NCBI GenBank assembly: GCA_963707505.1
Contig: CAVPQB010000006.1
Location: 704,001-768,000, forward strand
Length of the DNA stretch: 64,000 nucleotides
Direction of reading: 5' to 3'
DNA from: an uncultured Gemmatimonadales bacterium
GTDB taxonomy: Bacteria; Gemmatimonadota; Gemmatimonadetes; Gemmatimonadales; Gemmatimonadaceae
Both the position numbers and the translations under genes were made by a program. Shown here piece after piece: positions 40,826 to 49,986 of this stretch (position 1 is the stretch's first letter; every line of letters starts with the position of its first letter). The notes under the pieces were generated by a model. That model did no database searches. It was not told where the DNA came from and saw nothing but the letters and a program-made list of their open reading frames with translations.

Positions 40826-42052
40826 ATGAAGCCTTTCGCAAGTGCAGCACTGTTTCTCACACTCATATCCATCGCACCCGCAGCGGATGCCCAGGTCAAC
40901 GCCGGCGAACAGAAGCCCGAACCAACGCTCCCGTTCACCATGACCCAGGTTGCAACCTTCAACCTCCCATGGCGCATCGCCTTCCTCCCCGATGGGCGGA
41001 TGCTCATCACTGAGAAGGTCGGCCCGCTCTGGGTCGTGACCCAGAAGGGCGCGAAGACGGAGGTCAAGAATGTCCCCGCCGTCCTGCACCACGATCAGGG
41101 TGGCATGCTCGGCGTCTATCTGTCGCCGAACTACGCGACCGACCACTACGTCTATCTCACCTACGCCGAGCCGCACGACAGCGGGTCGAGCCTGGCGCTC
41201 GCACGGGCCAAGCTCTCGCTTTCCGGAAGCTCGGCCAGCCTCGATGGGCTCAATGTCATCTGGCGCGACGGTGCAGGTGGCAAGGGCGGCCAGTTCGGCG
41301 GAGCGGTCGCGTTCTCGCCTGACAAGAAGTTCCTGTTCCTGACCGTCGGCGAGCGTCAGCGCTTTACGCCCGCGCAGGATCCTGATTCACCGCTCGGCAA
41401 GATTCTGCGCCTGACGCTCGACGGCAAGCCGGCGCCCGGCAACCCCGAGGCTGGCAAGGTCGGCGCGTCGAAGATTCCGGTGATAAATCCGACGCGCAAC
41501 ACGGAAACGGCCAAGACTGCGCCCGTCATCTACACGTATACCTTCCCCGGACCGAACCTCACGCCGTCGGAGACCTGGGCCACCGGTTTTCGCACGCCGT
41601 ACGGACTGGCGTTCGCGCCCGACGGCCGGCTGTGGGAGCTCGAGGACGGACCGCGCGGCGGCGACGAGCTCAACCTGGTCGAGCGCGGCAAGAACTACGG
41701 CTGGCCGCTCGTCTCCTACGGCAAGAACTACGACGGCGTACCAATCCCGAGCCCGGACACTAGGCCCGATCTCGTCAAGCCCGTCATCTACTGGGTGCCG
41801 GTCATCGCGTCGGCAGGCCTCACCTTCTACGACGGCAAGATGTTCCCGCAGTGGGACGGATCGGCGTTCGCCGCCGGACTCGGGAGCAAGTCGCTTACCC
41901 GGATCACGTTCGACAAGAACGGTGGTGCCAACGCTGCGGAACGCTGGGACATGAGTCGCAGGGTTCGCGACATCGCCGTTGCGCCGGACGGCGCGCTGTG
42001 GCTGATCGAGGATTCGGCTACGGGCGGGCTGTTTCGCATCACACCGAAGTAG
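40826..42052 (+). CDS. PQQ-dependent glucose/sorbosone dehydrogenase family
   Basis: PWRIAFLPDGRMLITEK, GKILRL, GPRGGDELN, GKNYGWP. Confidence 0.9.
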   Translation: MKPFASAALFLTLISIAPAADAQVNAGEQKPEPTLPFTMTQVATFNLPWRIAFLPDGRMLITEKVGPLWVVTQKGAKTEVKNVPAVLHHDQGGMLGVYLSPNYATDHYVYLTYAEPHDSGSSLALARAKLSLSGSSASLDGLNVIWRDGAGGKGGQFGGAVAFSPDKKFLFLTVGERQRFTPAQDPDSPLGKILRLTLDGKPAPGNPEAGKVGASKIPVINPTRNTETAKTAPVIYTYTFPGPNLTPSETWATGFRTPYGLAFAPDGRLWELEDGPRGGDELNLVERGKNYGWPLVSYGKNYDGVPIPSPDTRPDLVKPVIYWVPVIASAGLTFYDGKMFPQWDGSAFAAGLGSKSLTRITFDKNGGANAAERWDMSRRVRDIAVAPDGALWLIEDSATGGLFRITPK

Positions 42053-42120
42053 CGCCTTGAAGTAGATCCTGCCTCGTGCTCACGCGCACGGGGCAGGATC
42101 TGATGTCGCACTCTCCGCAG

Positions 42121-42741
42121 CTAGACTCTGAGCGAGCAGCGGAATCCCCGCGCGGCATAGTAGGACTCCGCGCCATTGTGGTACACGAAGACCATGTCGT
42201 AGCGGCGATCGCAGAACAGCGCACCTCCGAGCTTCCGGACGTTGTCGGGTGTCTGCACCCAGCTGGACGTGGTCGTATCGACCTTCTCCATCTCCTGCAG
42301 CCGCCGGTACTCGGCTGCCGTAAGAAGCGTCGCACCCATCGTGGTTGCCATTTCGACTGCGCTGTTCTTCGGCTTGTGCTCTTTCCGTGCCTCCAGCGCT
42401 TCGCGGTCGTAGCAGACGCTTCGGCGCCCCTTGGGGCTCTGCGCTGAACAATCCATGAATATCAGCTCGCTTGTAGCCGCATCGACATCGACTACGTCCG
42501 GTTCGCCTCCGGATTGCTCCATCTCGCTGAGCGACCAGAGTCTGGCGCTGTTGGACGCGAGTCTTGCCTGCACCGCGCTCCATTCGAGGCCGGCATGGCG
42601 GTGCATGTGCACTTCGAAGCGGGTCTTCAAAGTCTTGAGCAACTCGTCGCGTTGCTTCCCGGTAAGATCTTTCGCTTTTGGCATTTTCATTCGCGTTGCG
42701 TTTGATGTCGGGACGGGTTCGAGATGTGCCGCCTTCGTCAC
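42121..42741 (-). CDS. DUF4256-family protein
   Basis: GGEPDVV, SPKGRRSVCYDREAL, GGALFCDRRY, YHNGAESYYAARGFR. Confidence 0.85.
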   Translation of the reverse strand: MTKAAHLEPVPTSNATRMKMPKAKDLTGKQRDELLKTLKTRFEVHMHRHAGLEWSAVQARLASNSARLWSLSEMEQSGGEPDVVDVDAATSELIFMDCSAQSPKGRRSVCYDREALEARKEHKPKNSAVEMATTMGATLLTAAEYRRLQEMEKVDTTTSSWVQTPDNVRKLGGALFCDRRYDMVFVYHNGAESYYAARGFRCSLRV

Positions 42742-42743
42742 GC

Positions 42744-42911
42744 TCAGAGGCGTTTCACGAACCGGAAGTAGAAGGCTGCGAATATCAGGACGATTCCTGC
42801 GTTTACCGCCAGCCGTTCCCAGAATCGGTTCCTGAAGAACGAGACATCGACTACTACGATCACAATTGCCATCAAAACTACGTAGAGTGCGCTGGCGGTC
42901 TGACTTTTCAC
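42744..42911 (-). CDS. 55-aa two-helix membrane protein (absent from the ORF track)
   Basis: GAAGGAG RBS and GTG 42911; MKSQTASALYVVLMAIVIVVVDVSFFRNRFWERLAVNAGIVLIFAAFYFRFVKRL*. Confidence 0.8.
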   Translation of the reverse strand: MKSQTASALYVVLMAIVIVVVDVSFFRNRFWERLAVNAGIVLIFAAFYFRFVKRL

Positions 42912-42997
42912 TTCAGGTCTCCTTCGAGTGGTAGTCGCCCGCTGGCTGCTTCAGCGTCAGCCGAGTCGTGGATTCGGGCTGGTGCGGATTTCCCCCA

Positions 42998-43384
42998 TCA
43001 TTGACCGGCAGGCGGTTGCCAGAGTTCCACCTTGTTTCCTTCCGGATCGATGACCCAGGCAAATTTCCCGTACTCGGAATCGTCGATCTTGTCGAGAACG
43101 TTGCAGCCTTCTTCGCGTAAGACTTTGACCAGACCGTGGAGATCTTCCACGCGGTAATTGACCATGAAAGGTGCAGCACTGGGTGCAAACTGGTCGCTTT
43201 GCGCCGAAGCAATGGACCAGACGGTGGTCCCGGCAGCCGGCTTACCTTCACCATCGGTCCAGGTGAAAGCCGCGCCACCCCATTCCTGGACATCGATTCC
43301 AAGGTGCTGCTTGTACCATGCCTGCAATGCGGGTGCATCCTTCGCCTTGAAGAAGATGCCGCCAATGCCAGTGACTCGCTTCAT
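42998..43384 (-). CDS. VOC/glyoxalase-family protein
   Basis: MKRVTGIGGIFFK, FMVNYRV, YGKFAWVIDPEGNKVELW. Confidence 0.92.
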   Translation of the reverse strand: MKRVTGIGGIFFKAKDAPALQAWYKQHLGIDVQEWGGAAFTWTDGEGKPAAGTTVWSIASAQSDQFAPSAAPFMVNYRVEDLHGLVKVLREEGCNVLDKIDDSEYGKFAWVIDPEGNKVELWQPPAGQ

Positions 43385-43495
43385 GGAACCTCCGACGACG
43401 GGTGGCGGGGGAGCGTGCGTTTTCAGCGGTTTAGCCCCAAGTTAACCAGTTCCCGCCAGATCGAATCATCCGTTCCTCTATCCTGTCCCGAAAAG

Positions 43496-44524
43496 ATGAT
43501 GACCAGCCGTCGACAATTCCTCCAGAGCTCACTACTCGCTACCGGTGCGCTTGCATTGCCGCGCACGATGCTGGCGGGCGACACAGTTTCGCGTCGTGCA
43601 GCAGGGGGCCGAGTGGTGTCGACCTGGGATTTTGGCGTCGGTGCGAATGCCGCTGCGTGGCCGGTGCTGGCGCGCAGCGGCGCGGCGCTCGACGCGGTCG
43701 AGGCCGGCGCGCGCTGGGCCGAATCGGATCTGTGCAACTCCACGGTCGGACACTGCGGTTACCCCGATCGCGATGGCGTGCTCACACTCGACGCCAGCAT
43801 CATGAACGGCGACGGCAGTTGCGGAGGCGTCGGCGCGATCGAGGACATCGAGCATCCGGTCTCGGTTGCGCGCGCGGTGATGGAAAAGACTCCGCACGTG
43901 CTGCTCGTTGCGGATGGCGCGCAGGAGTTCGCAGTATCGCAAGGCTTCGCGAAGAAGCCGCTGCTTACGGATGACGCGCGCAAGGCGTGGCGGGAATGGC
44001 TCAAGACGTCCGAGTACAAACCGAAGATGAATGTCGAGCGTACGGGTATTCCCGGCGACGAGCACAATCACGACACGCTGGGCATCCTTGCCCTCGATGC
44101 GCATGGCAAGCTCGCCGGTGCCTGCACCACCAGCGGCATGGCGTGGAAGATGCACGGCCGCGTCGGCGACAGTCCCATCATCGGTGCTGGTCTTTATGCC
44201 GACAACGAAGTCGGCGCCGCCACCGCGTCGGGCGTCGGCGAGGAGATGATCCGCAACTCGGCGAGCTTCCTCGTTGTTGAGTTGATGCGACAGGGCCGCT
44301 CACCAAGGGAAGCGTGCCGCGGAGCGATCGAGCGCGTCGTTCAGAAGCGACCGGCCGCGAGCAAGAATCTGCAGGTGTGCTTCCTCGCGATCAACAAACT
44401 CGGCGAGGTTGGTGCGTACGCACTGCATCCCGGATTCGTCTATGCAATGCACGATGCGACACCGGGACCGCACGACAAGCTGATCGCGGCCGAATCGGTC
44501 TACGGTGGCAGTGTCGTTCGGTGA
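43496..44524 (+). CDS. N(4)-(beta-N-acetylglucosaminyl)-L-asparaginase, Tat-exported
   Basis: SRRQFL Tat motif, HDTLG autoproteolysis site, TTSG, GRVGDSPIIGAG. Confidence 0.92.
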   Translation: MMTSRRQFLQSSLLATGALALPRTMLAGDTVSRRAAGGRVVSTWDFGVGANAAAWPVLARSGAALDAVEAGARWAESDLCNSTVGHCGYPDRDGVLTLDASIMNGDGSCGGVGAIEDIEHPVSVARAVMEKTPHVLLVADGAQEFAVSQGFAKKPLLTDDARKAWREWLKTSEYKPKMNVERTGIPGDEHNHDTLGILALDAHGKLAGACTTSGMAWKMHGRVGDSPIIGAGLYADNEVGAATASGVGEEMIRNSASFLVVELMRQGRSPREACRGAIERVVQKRPAASKNLQVCFLAINKLGEVGAYALHPGFVYAMHDATPGPHDKLIAAESVYGGSVVR

Positions 44525-45270
44525 TCCGGCCGGTGCTCGAGATCGCGGCCAACTCGCTGGGCTCTGCACTCGCTGCGCAGGAAGGTGGCGCCGATCGCAT
44601 CGAGCTGTGCGCTGACCTGGGCAACGGCGGCACGACGCCCTCCTACGGCACGCTCGCCATCACACGCGATCGGCTGCGCATTCCGCTGTATGCATTGATC
44701 CGCCCGCGCACTGGTGACTTCTGCTACGGCACAGACGACGTCGACGTGATGCTGCGCGACATCGAGATGTGCGCGAAATTGGGTTGCGACGGCGTGGTCA
44801 TCGGCGCACTCGACAGCCATGGGGATGTCGATGAAACAGTTTGCCGAGAGCTGATCGCCGCGGCAAATCCGCTCGGCGTCACCTTCCATCGCGCCTTCGA
44901 TGCCGCGCGCGACCAGGCGCGTGCGCTGGAAACGATAATCGAGCTGGGCTGCGAACGTGTATTGACGTCAGGCGGCCAAGCGACCGCGCTCGCCGGCGCA
45001 GAGCGCATCGCTGGATTCGTGAAGCAGGCCGGCTCGCGTCTCAACATGATGGCCGGCGCCGGTGTCGACGCCGGCAATATCCTCGACGTGGCCATCCTCA
45101 GCAATGCACGCGAATTCCACAGCTCGGCGAAAGCGGTGCGCAGATCGGTGAGCCATCATCGCAACGACCACCTGCCGGGACTGCACGCGGATTGGTGGCA
45201 GACCGACGTCGTCATCGTTCGCACAATGGTCGAGGCGTTGAGTCGTCACGAAGATCAGGGAACGGCGTGA
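44521..45270 (+). CDS. cutC: CutC-family protein
   Basis: LEIAANS, GADRIELC, GGTTPS, IRPR.GDF, TFHRAFD, RVLTSG; GTGA overlap. Confidence 0.93.
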   Translation: MIRPVLEIAANSLGSALAAQEGGADRIELCADLGNGGTTPSYGTLAITRDRLRIPLYALIRPRTGDFCYGTDDVDVMLRDIEMCAKLGCDGVVIGALDSHGDVDETVCRELIAAANPLGVTFHRAFDAARDQARALETIIELGCERVLTSGGQATALAGAERIAGFVKQAGSRLNMMAGAGVDAGNILDVAILSNAREFHSSAKAVRRSVSHHRNDHLPGLHADWWQTDVVIVRTMVEALSRHEDQGTA

Positions 45271-45289
45271 GGAGTTGCGTCGGTAAGAT

Positions 45290-47971
45290 CTAGTTGTCGC
45301 GCAGTGCGCTGACCGGATCGAGCCGCGCCGCACGCCACGCCGGCAGCATCGCGGCGACGATCGCGACAATCGCCAGTGTGGCAGCCGACAACACTATCGT
45401 CGCAGGATCGGATGGCTTCACGCCATACAGGAACGCAGACACGAGCCGCGTCACGCTGAGTGTGAGCAGTGTTCCGATTATCACGCCGACGCCGACGATG
45501 CGCCCGACTTCGCTCATCACCATGTGGATCACGCGACCCTGCGTTGCACCGAGCGCTATTCGCACACCAATCTCGTTCCGGCGGCGCGCCACGGTGTATG
45601 ACATGATGCCGTACAAACCGATCGTCGCCAGCAACAGTGCAAGCACACCGAAAAAACCGGCCAGCGTCGCGAGCGTCCGCGGAAGCATTAACGATTCCGC
45701 GACCTGACGATCCAGTGTCGTGAAATCGAGCGACGCGCGTGGAGCGATCTGCGCCACTGCCGCCTTGATGCCCGGAACTATCGCCGTCGTCGGCCCGACT
45801 GTGCGAATTTCAAAGTTGACGGAGAGTCCCGGATCGCTGTCCTGACCCATCGGTATGTAGGCGATGGGTTGCGGCGTTTCGCGCATCGATTCGTACTTTG
45901 CATTGCCAACGACGCCGACGATCTCGATGGGCGCGTCGAAATCATTGCCGTTGGCTACCTGGATGTGTTTTCCGATCGCGGAGCGGGCGCCAAATACTTT
46001 CTGCGCCAGTGCCTCGTTCACGATCGCAACCCTGGCCGAGCCGGGCACGTCAGTCGTATTGAAATCGCGTCCGGCGATCAACGCGGTTCCCATCGTCGAG
46101 AAATAACCGTCGCTCACCTCGTTCATCCACACCAGTCCGTCGTCACGCACAGCGGGTGTGTATCCGTCGGCCTTGATGTCGTTGTTCCATCCCGAGCCAC
46201 TGATCGGTGTAAGCTCGGATGCACTTGCCAGTCGAACGCCGGGAACGGCGCGCAACCGCTCGAGCATCTGGCGGCGCAGCGAACCGCGTTGCTCGGGCGA
46301 CGCGCTTTCGTTTCCACTGCGCCAGTCAGCTGCAAGGAGCAGTACGTGATCGCTCCTGAATCCCGGGTCCACTGTCGCAAGACGTTTCCAGCTGCCAAGC
46401 AGCAAAACCGCGCCGACGACCAACAGCAGCGAGAGTGCGATCTGTGCGACGACGAGCGCCTTGCCGATCGAGAAGCGCGAATGCCCGTCCGCGACTCCGC
46501 GTGCCTGTGACTTCATGGCGTTGTGCGGAGCGACTCGGCACGCGCGCCACGCTGGCGCGAGCCCGAACAGTATGCCCGTCGCCATTGCGACGGCGGCGGT
46601 GAATGCAAGAACGGGCAGATCGAGCGACAGATCGAGTGCGACCGTATTGCCGGACGTCGACATCAGCCGCACGAGCAGACGACTGCCCCAGATGGCGAAG
46701 AATATGCCTACCGCAGCGCCCATGAATGCCAGCAATACGCTCTCCGTGAGCAACTGACGAATCAGTCGCGCGGGCCTGGCGCCGAGTGCGAGCCGGACCG
46801 CGATCTCGTGCTGGCGTTTTGTTGCGCGCGCGAGCAACAGGTTGGCGACGTTCGCACACGCGATGAGAAGCACGATGCCGACGACAGTCATCAGCACGAA
46901 CAGGGCCTTGCGAAACGTCGTTCGCAGATCCGAAAATCCTGTCGCGACACTCGCGACTTCCATGTGCGCCTTCCGGTAGCGTGATACGGCATCGGCCGGC
47001 CATTTGGGCGGCAGCGTCGCTTCTATCAGGCCTGGCATCAGCATCTGGAGCCGCGCGCTGGCCTGCGCGGGAGTTACACTCGCCTTCCGCCGCCCGACGA
47101 TATGCAGGTACCAGGTGCTCCGTGCATCGATCCACTTGTCGTTGCCGTTCATGATGGTCTTTGCACAGAGCGGCGTGTAGATCTGTGCATGCGATCCAAC
47201 ATCGAGGCCGAAGAACGCCGGATCGATCACGCCAACGATCTGAAACGGGTGGCCGTCGAGACTGACGGTCCTGCCAATGACGGCTTCGCTGCCACCGTAT
47301 TCCGTCTGCCAGAATGAACTGCTGATCGCCGCGACCGCCGGACAGCCACGCACGTCGTCGGCTGGCAGCAACGTGCGGCCGATGACTGCGCGAACGCCAA
47401 GTGTGGAGAAATACGCGCCACTGACCCAGTTCGCGTAAACGTTCCGAACCTGACCTCCGTTGGCGAGGTTGAACTGGGTGGGACCGTACGCGAATGTTCC
47501 GGCGAACACGTCCTGGTGATCGCGGACGTATTCCCAGATTGGATTGGTAGCCGTCTTGCTGCTATCGCGGAGCACTACCATCAGCTCCTCGGGATGACGC
47601 ACCGGCAACGACTTGAGCATCACCGCGTTGATGAGCGAGAAGATCGCGGTGTTCGCGCCGATGCCGAGCGCCAGCGATAGAATCGCGACGATGGTGAACG
47701 CGGGCGCTGCGCGTAGCGTGCGCAGTGCGTAGCGCAGGTCGCCGAGCACTGTTTCGAGCCACCGGAAGACGTCGCGATCGCGCGTGCTCTCCTTCTGCAA
47801 TCCGTAATTGCCGAATTGTCGTCGCGCCTCGCGTCGAGCCGCATCGGGCTTCATGCCGTGCGCTACCAGGTCGTCGATTCGCTCGGCGAGGTGGAACGAC
47901 AACTCACGATCGAGATCGTCGGAGAGGCGATTTGGAAGAACGACGTTGCGGATGCGGGCGAACCAGGACAT
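45290..47971 (-). CDS. ADOP-type duplicated ABC permease, intact
   Basis: [44 protein letters not shown]. Confidence 0.92.
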   Translation of the reverse strand: MSWFARIRNVVLPNRLSDDLDRELSFHLAERIDDLVAHGMKPDAARREARRQFGNYGLQKESTRDRDVFRWLETVLGDLRYALRTLRAAPAFTIVAILSLALGIGANTAIFSLINAVMLKSLPVRHPEELMVVLRDSSKTATNPIWEYVRDHQDVFAGTFAYGPTQFNLANGGQVRNVYANWVSGAYFSTLGVRAVIGRTLLPADDVRGCPAVAAISSSFWQTEYGGSEAVIGRTVSLDGHPFQIVGVIDPAFFGLDVGSHAQIYTPLCAKTIMNGNDKWIDARSTWYLHIVGRRKASVTPAQASARLQMLMPGLIEATLPPKWPADAVSRYRKAHMEVASVATGFSDLRTTFRKALFVLMTVVGIVLLIACANVANLLLARATKRQHEIAVRLALGARPARLIRQLLTESVLLAFMGAAVGIFFAIWGSRLLVRLMSTSGNTVALDLSLDLPVLAFTAAVAMATGILFGLAPAWRACRVAPHNAMKSQARGVADGHSRFSIGKALVVAQIALSLLLVVGAVLLLGSWKRLATVDPGFRSDHVLLLAADWRSGNESASPEQRGSLRRQMLERLRAVPGVRLASASELTPISGSGWNNDIKADGYTPAVRDDGLVWMNEVSDGYFSTMGTALIAGRDFNTTDVPGSARVAIVNEALAQKVFGARSAIGKHIQVANGNDFDAPIEIVGVVGNAKYESMRETPQPIAYIPMGQDSDPGLSVNFEIRTVGPTTAIVPGIKAAVAQIAPRASLDFTTLDRQVAESLMLPRTLATLAGFFGVLALLLATIGLYGIMSYTVARRRNEIGVRIALGATQGRVIHMVMSEVGRIVGVGVIIGTLLTLSVTRLVSAFLYGVKPSDPATIVLSAATLAIVAIVAAMLPAWRAARLDPVSALRDN

Positions 47972-48021
47972 GGACCGACTCTCCGGAAGCGGAACGACGA
48001 GCAACGATGATCGAACGGCGC

Positions 48022-48357
48022 TCAGGCGTAGCAGAGTACGCGCTGCACGCCGTCGCGCAGGCGCGCCCAGCTCTCTTGTTCGAGCTCGAGCTGCCGTCTG
48101 CCAGCAGCGGTGACGGAATAGAAGCGTGCCTGGCGATTCTTTTCCGTGATGCCCCACTCTGCGCGCAACCACCCGTCCTGCGCCATCCGGTGGAGCGCTG
48201 GATAGAGCGAGCCCTCTTCGACGCGCAGCAAGTCCGCCGACACGCGCTGGATATGTGCAGTGATGGCGTAGCCGTGCATGCGTCCCTGTGCGGCGATGGC
48301 CTTGAGGACGAGCAGTGCAAGCGTGCCCTGGAGGATATCGTTCTTGTTCTTCGGCAC
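48022..48357 (-). CDS. PadR-family transcriptional regulator
   Basis: QGTLALLVL, HGYAI, EEGSLYPALHR, RQARFYS. Confidence 0.95.
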   Translation of the reverse strand: MPKNKNDILQGTLALLVLKAIAAQGRMHGYAITAHIQRVSADLLRVEEGSLYPALHRMAQDGWLRAEWGITEKNRQARFYSVTAAGRRQLELEQESWARLRDGVQRVLCYA

Positions 48358-48393
48358 GATACCTATTTAGCTAGGTATCGTCGCCAGTGTCAA
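48358..48393 (-). promoter_or_regulatory. padR operator palindrome and -35 TTGACA; probably a leaderless transcript
   Basis: GATACCTA-tttagc-TAGGTATC (48358-79) abuts the GTG start; TGTCAA at 48388-93. Confidence 0.65.
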
Positions 48394-48401
48394 GGGATTT
48401 T

Positions 48402-48497
48402 GGGGTCAGGTCTTGCCCCGTGCGCGGTCAAAGCAACGCACGGTGTAGCGAAAGGCAGCAATGCCCGGGGGAGGCGCACGGGGCAAGACCTGACCCC
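48402..48497. repeat. 96-bp palindromic REPIN/MITE-like element, copy 3
   Basis: Perfect 24-bp arms (GGGGTCAGGTCTTGCCCCGTGCGC) around a 48-bp core. Confidence 0.9.
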
Positions 48498-48518
48498 CAA
48501 AAAAACTTCTGGACGAGT

Positions 48519-48545
48519 TGTAGAATTCTGGTCCGGCCGTTCGTC
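48519..48545 (+). promoter_or_regulatory. Candidate ECF42-type promoter
   Basis: TGTAGA-17 bp-CGTC resembles the ECF42 TGTCGA/CG(A/T)C motif and lies upstream of yciI. Confidence 0.55.
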
Positions 48546-48598
48546 GAGATAGTGAAGGCACGGATCAGAACGCGTGGAAAACCATTACAGGAGAAGAC

Positions 48599-48955
48599 AT
48601 GCCACAATATCTGGTTGCAATTCACCTCCCCGACAACTTCGACCCCTCCCAGGCGGACGAAGCGATGGCTCGGGATATCGATGTGCTCAACGAAGAGATG
48701 GATGCGGCTGGCGCCAGGTTTTTCGCCGGGGGCCTGGAACCGGCGCCCAGGGCGAAATCGCTGCGTGAGCAGCCAGGTGGCGAGGTGCTCATCACCGACG
48801 GGCCGTACCTCGAGGCCAAGGAGCACGTAGGCGGATTCTGGATCCTGGAAGCGGCCGACATGGACGAGGCACTCGCGTGGGGACGCAAAGCCGTCGTCGC
48901 GTGTCGGGCGCCGGTCGAGGTGCGAGCCTTCCAGCGGATCCGGCCGGACAGGTAA
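48599..48955 (+). CDS. YciI/DGPF-family protein
   Basis: ITDGPYLEAKEHVGGFWI, VEVR. Confidence 0.92.
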   Translation: MPQYLVAIHLPDNFDPSQADEAMARDIDVLNEEMDAAGARFFAGGLEPAPRAKSLREQPGGEVLITDGPYLEAKEHVGGFWILEAADMDEALAWGRKAVVACRAPVEVRAFQRIRPDR

Positions 48956-48980
48956 GAATCCCATTCAGGAGGATACAATC

Positions 48981-49742
48981 GTGAGAAAGAAGGTTCGCGC
49001 AATCGGAATCAAAAGCTTTGCACCGCTGGTTGTGTTAGTCGTGCTCGGCACGGCGCACCAGGCGATGGCACAGAATGCCACAACACAGTATCCGAACATG
49101 GCCCCGATCGATCAGTACCTCATGCCGGATCAGAGCGCGGAGATCGCGCTGGCGCGAAGTGCAGCGCCGGAGTCCATTTCACGCGATGCGGAGGTACTGG
49201 TTCTTGGACGTCATGGATTCGAAACGGCAGTCAAGGGCAAGAACGGTTTCGTGTGTATCGTGGGGCGTGGCTGGTCATCTGCAGCGGATCCTGACTTCTG
49301 GAATCCGAAGGTGCGGGTCCCAATGTGTGTGAATGCGGCAGCCGCGCGTACCTACCTTCTACGCGTCACAAAAATCACCGATCTGGCCCTGGCGGGACGA
49401 CCGCTGGCTCAGGTGAACGACGCCATCGGCACCGCGGTCGCGAGGAAAGAACTGCCGCCGATGGAATCCGGGGCGATGTGTTACATGATGTCGAAACAAG
49501 GATACGGCGGCGATGCAGCGCCACACTGGCCTTCGCACCTCATGTTCTTCTATTCCGACACCGACCTCGCGATATGGGGAGCGAATCTGCCGGGTTCTCC
49601 CGTCATTGGCCTTGCGGATCCTGTGGAGCACCTGACGCAGTTCGTCATCACAACGCCACGGTGGTCCGATGGAACGGAAGATCTTCCGGCGACCGCAGGT
49701 CCCGCTGGGAGCACCGCGCCGCAACCTCATGTACATCCATGA
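48981..49742 (+). CDS. Exported hypothetical protein
   Basis: AGGAGG RBS, signal peptide, EIALARSAAP, GKNGFVC, YMMSKQGY, WPSHLMF. Confidence 0.75.
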   Translation: MRKKVRAIGIKSFAPLVVLVVLGTAHQAMAQNATTQYPNMAPIDQYLMPDQSAEIALARSAAPESISRDAEVLVLGRHGFETAVKGKNGFVCIVGRGWSSAADPDFWNPKVRVPMCVNAAAARTYLLRVTKITDLALAGRPLAQVNDAIGTAVARKELPPMESGAMCYMMSKQGYGGDAAPHWPSHLMFFYSDTDLAIWGANLPGSPVIGLADPVEHLTQFVITTPRWSDGTEDLPATAGPAGSTAPQPHVHP

Positions 49743-49944
49743 GAAATCCCAGGTTGGACCGACGCAACTTTATATAAGGCTCCTTGGAGCGGGAATGCCT
49801 GCGGAACTGTTTGTCGCTCCTGGCGGATATCATGGCTTCGACGTGTTCGCGCCGAATGCACGCTCGACCAGGCAGTTCACGCAAGCGTGGAATGAAGCAA
49901 TTCACCGTGCATTCCAACCGTGCATTCCAACAGTCGTGAAGTAG
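49743..49944 (+). pseudogene. C-terminal fragment of an HSL-like alpha/beta hydrolase
   Basis: RLLGAGMPAELFVAPGGYHGFDVFAP (catalytic His region) with no N-terminus. Confidence 0.6.
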
Positions 49945-49986
49945 TGTGTGTTTTAATGCGTCTGTTTGCCTCGTAGCCAGATAACC

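Noticed and set aside
21337..48497. 96-bp repeats as a CRISPR array or integron attC sites
   Set aside because: Copies are dispersed, the cores are conserved rather than unique spacers, there is no cas or intI gene, and no RYYYAAC/GTTRRRY ends.
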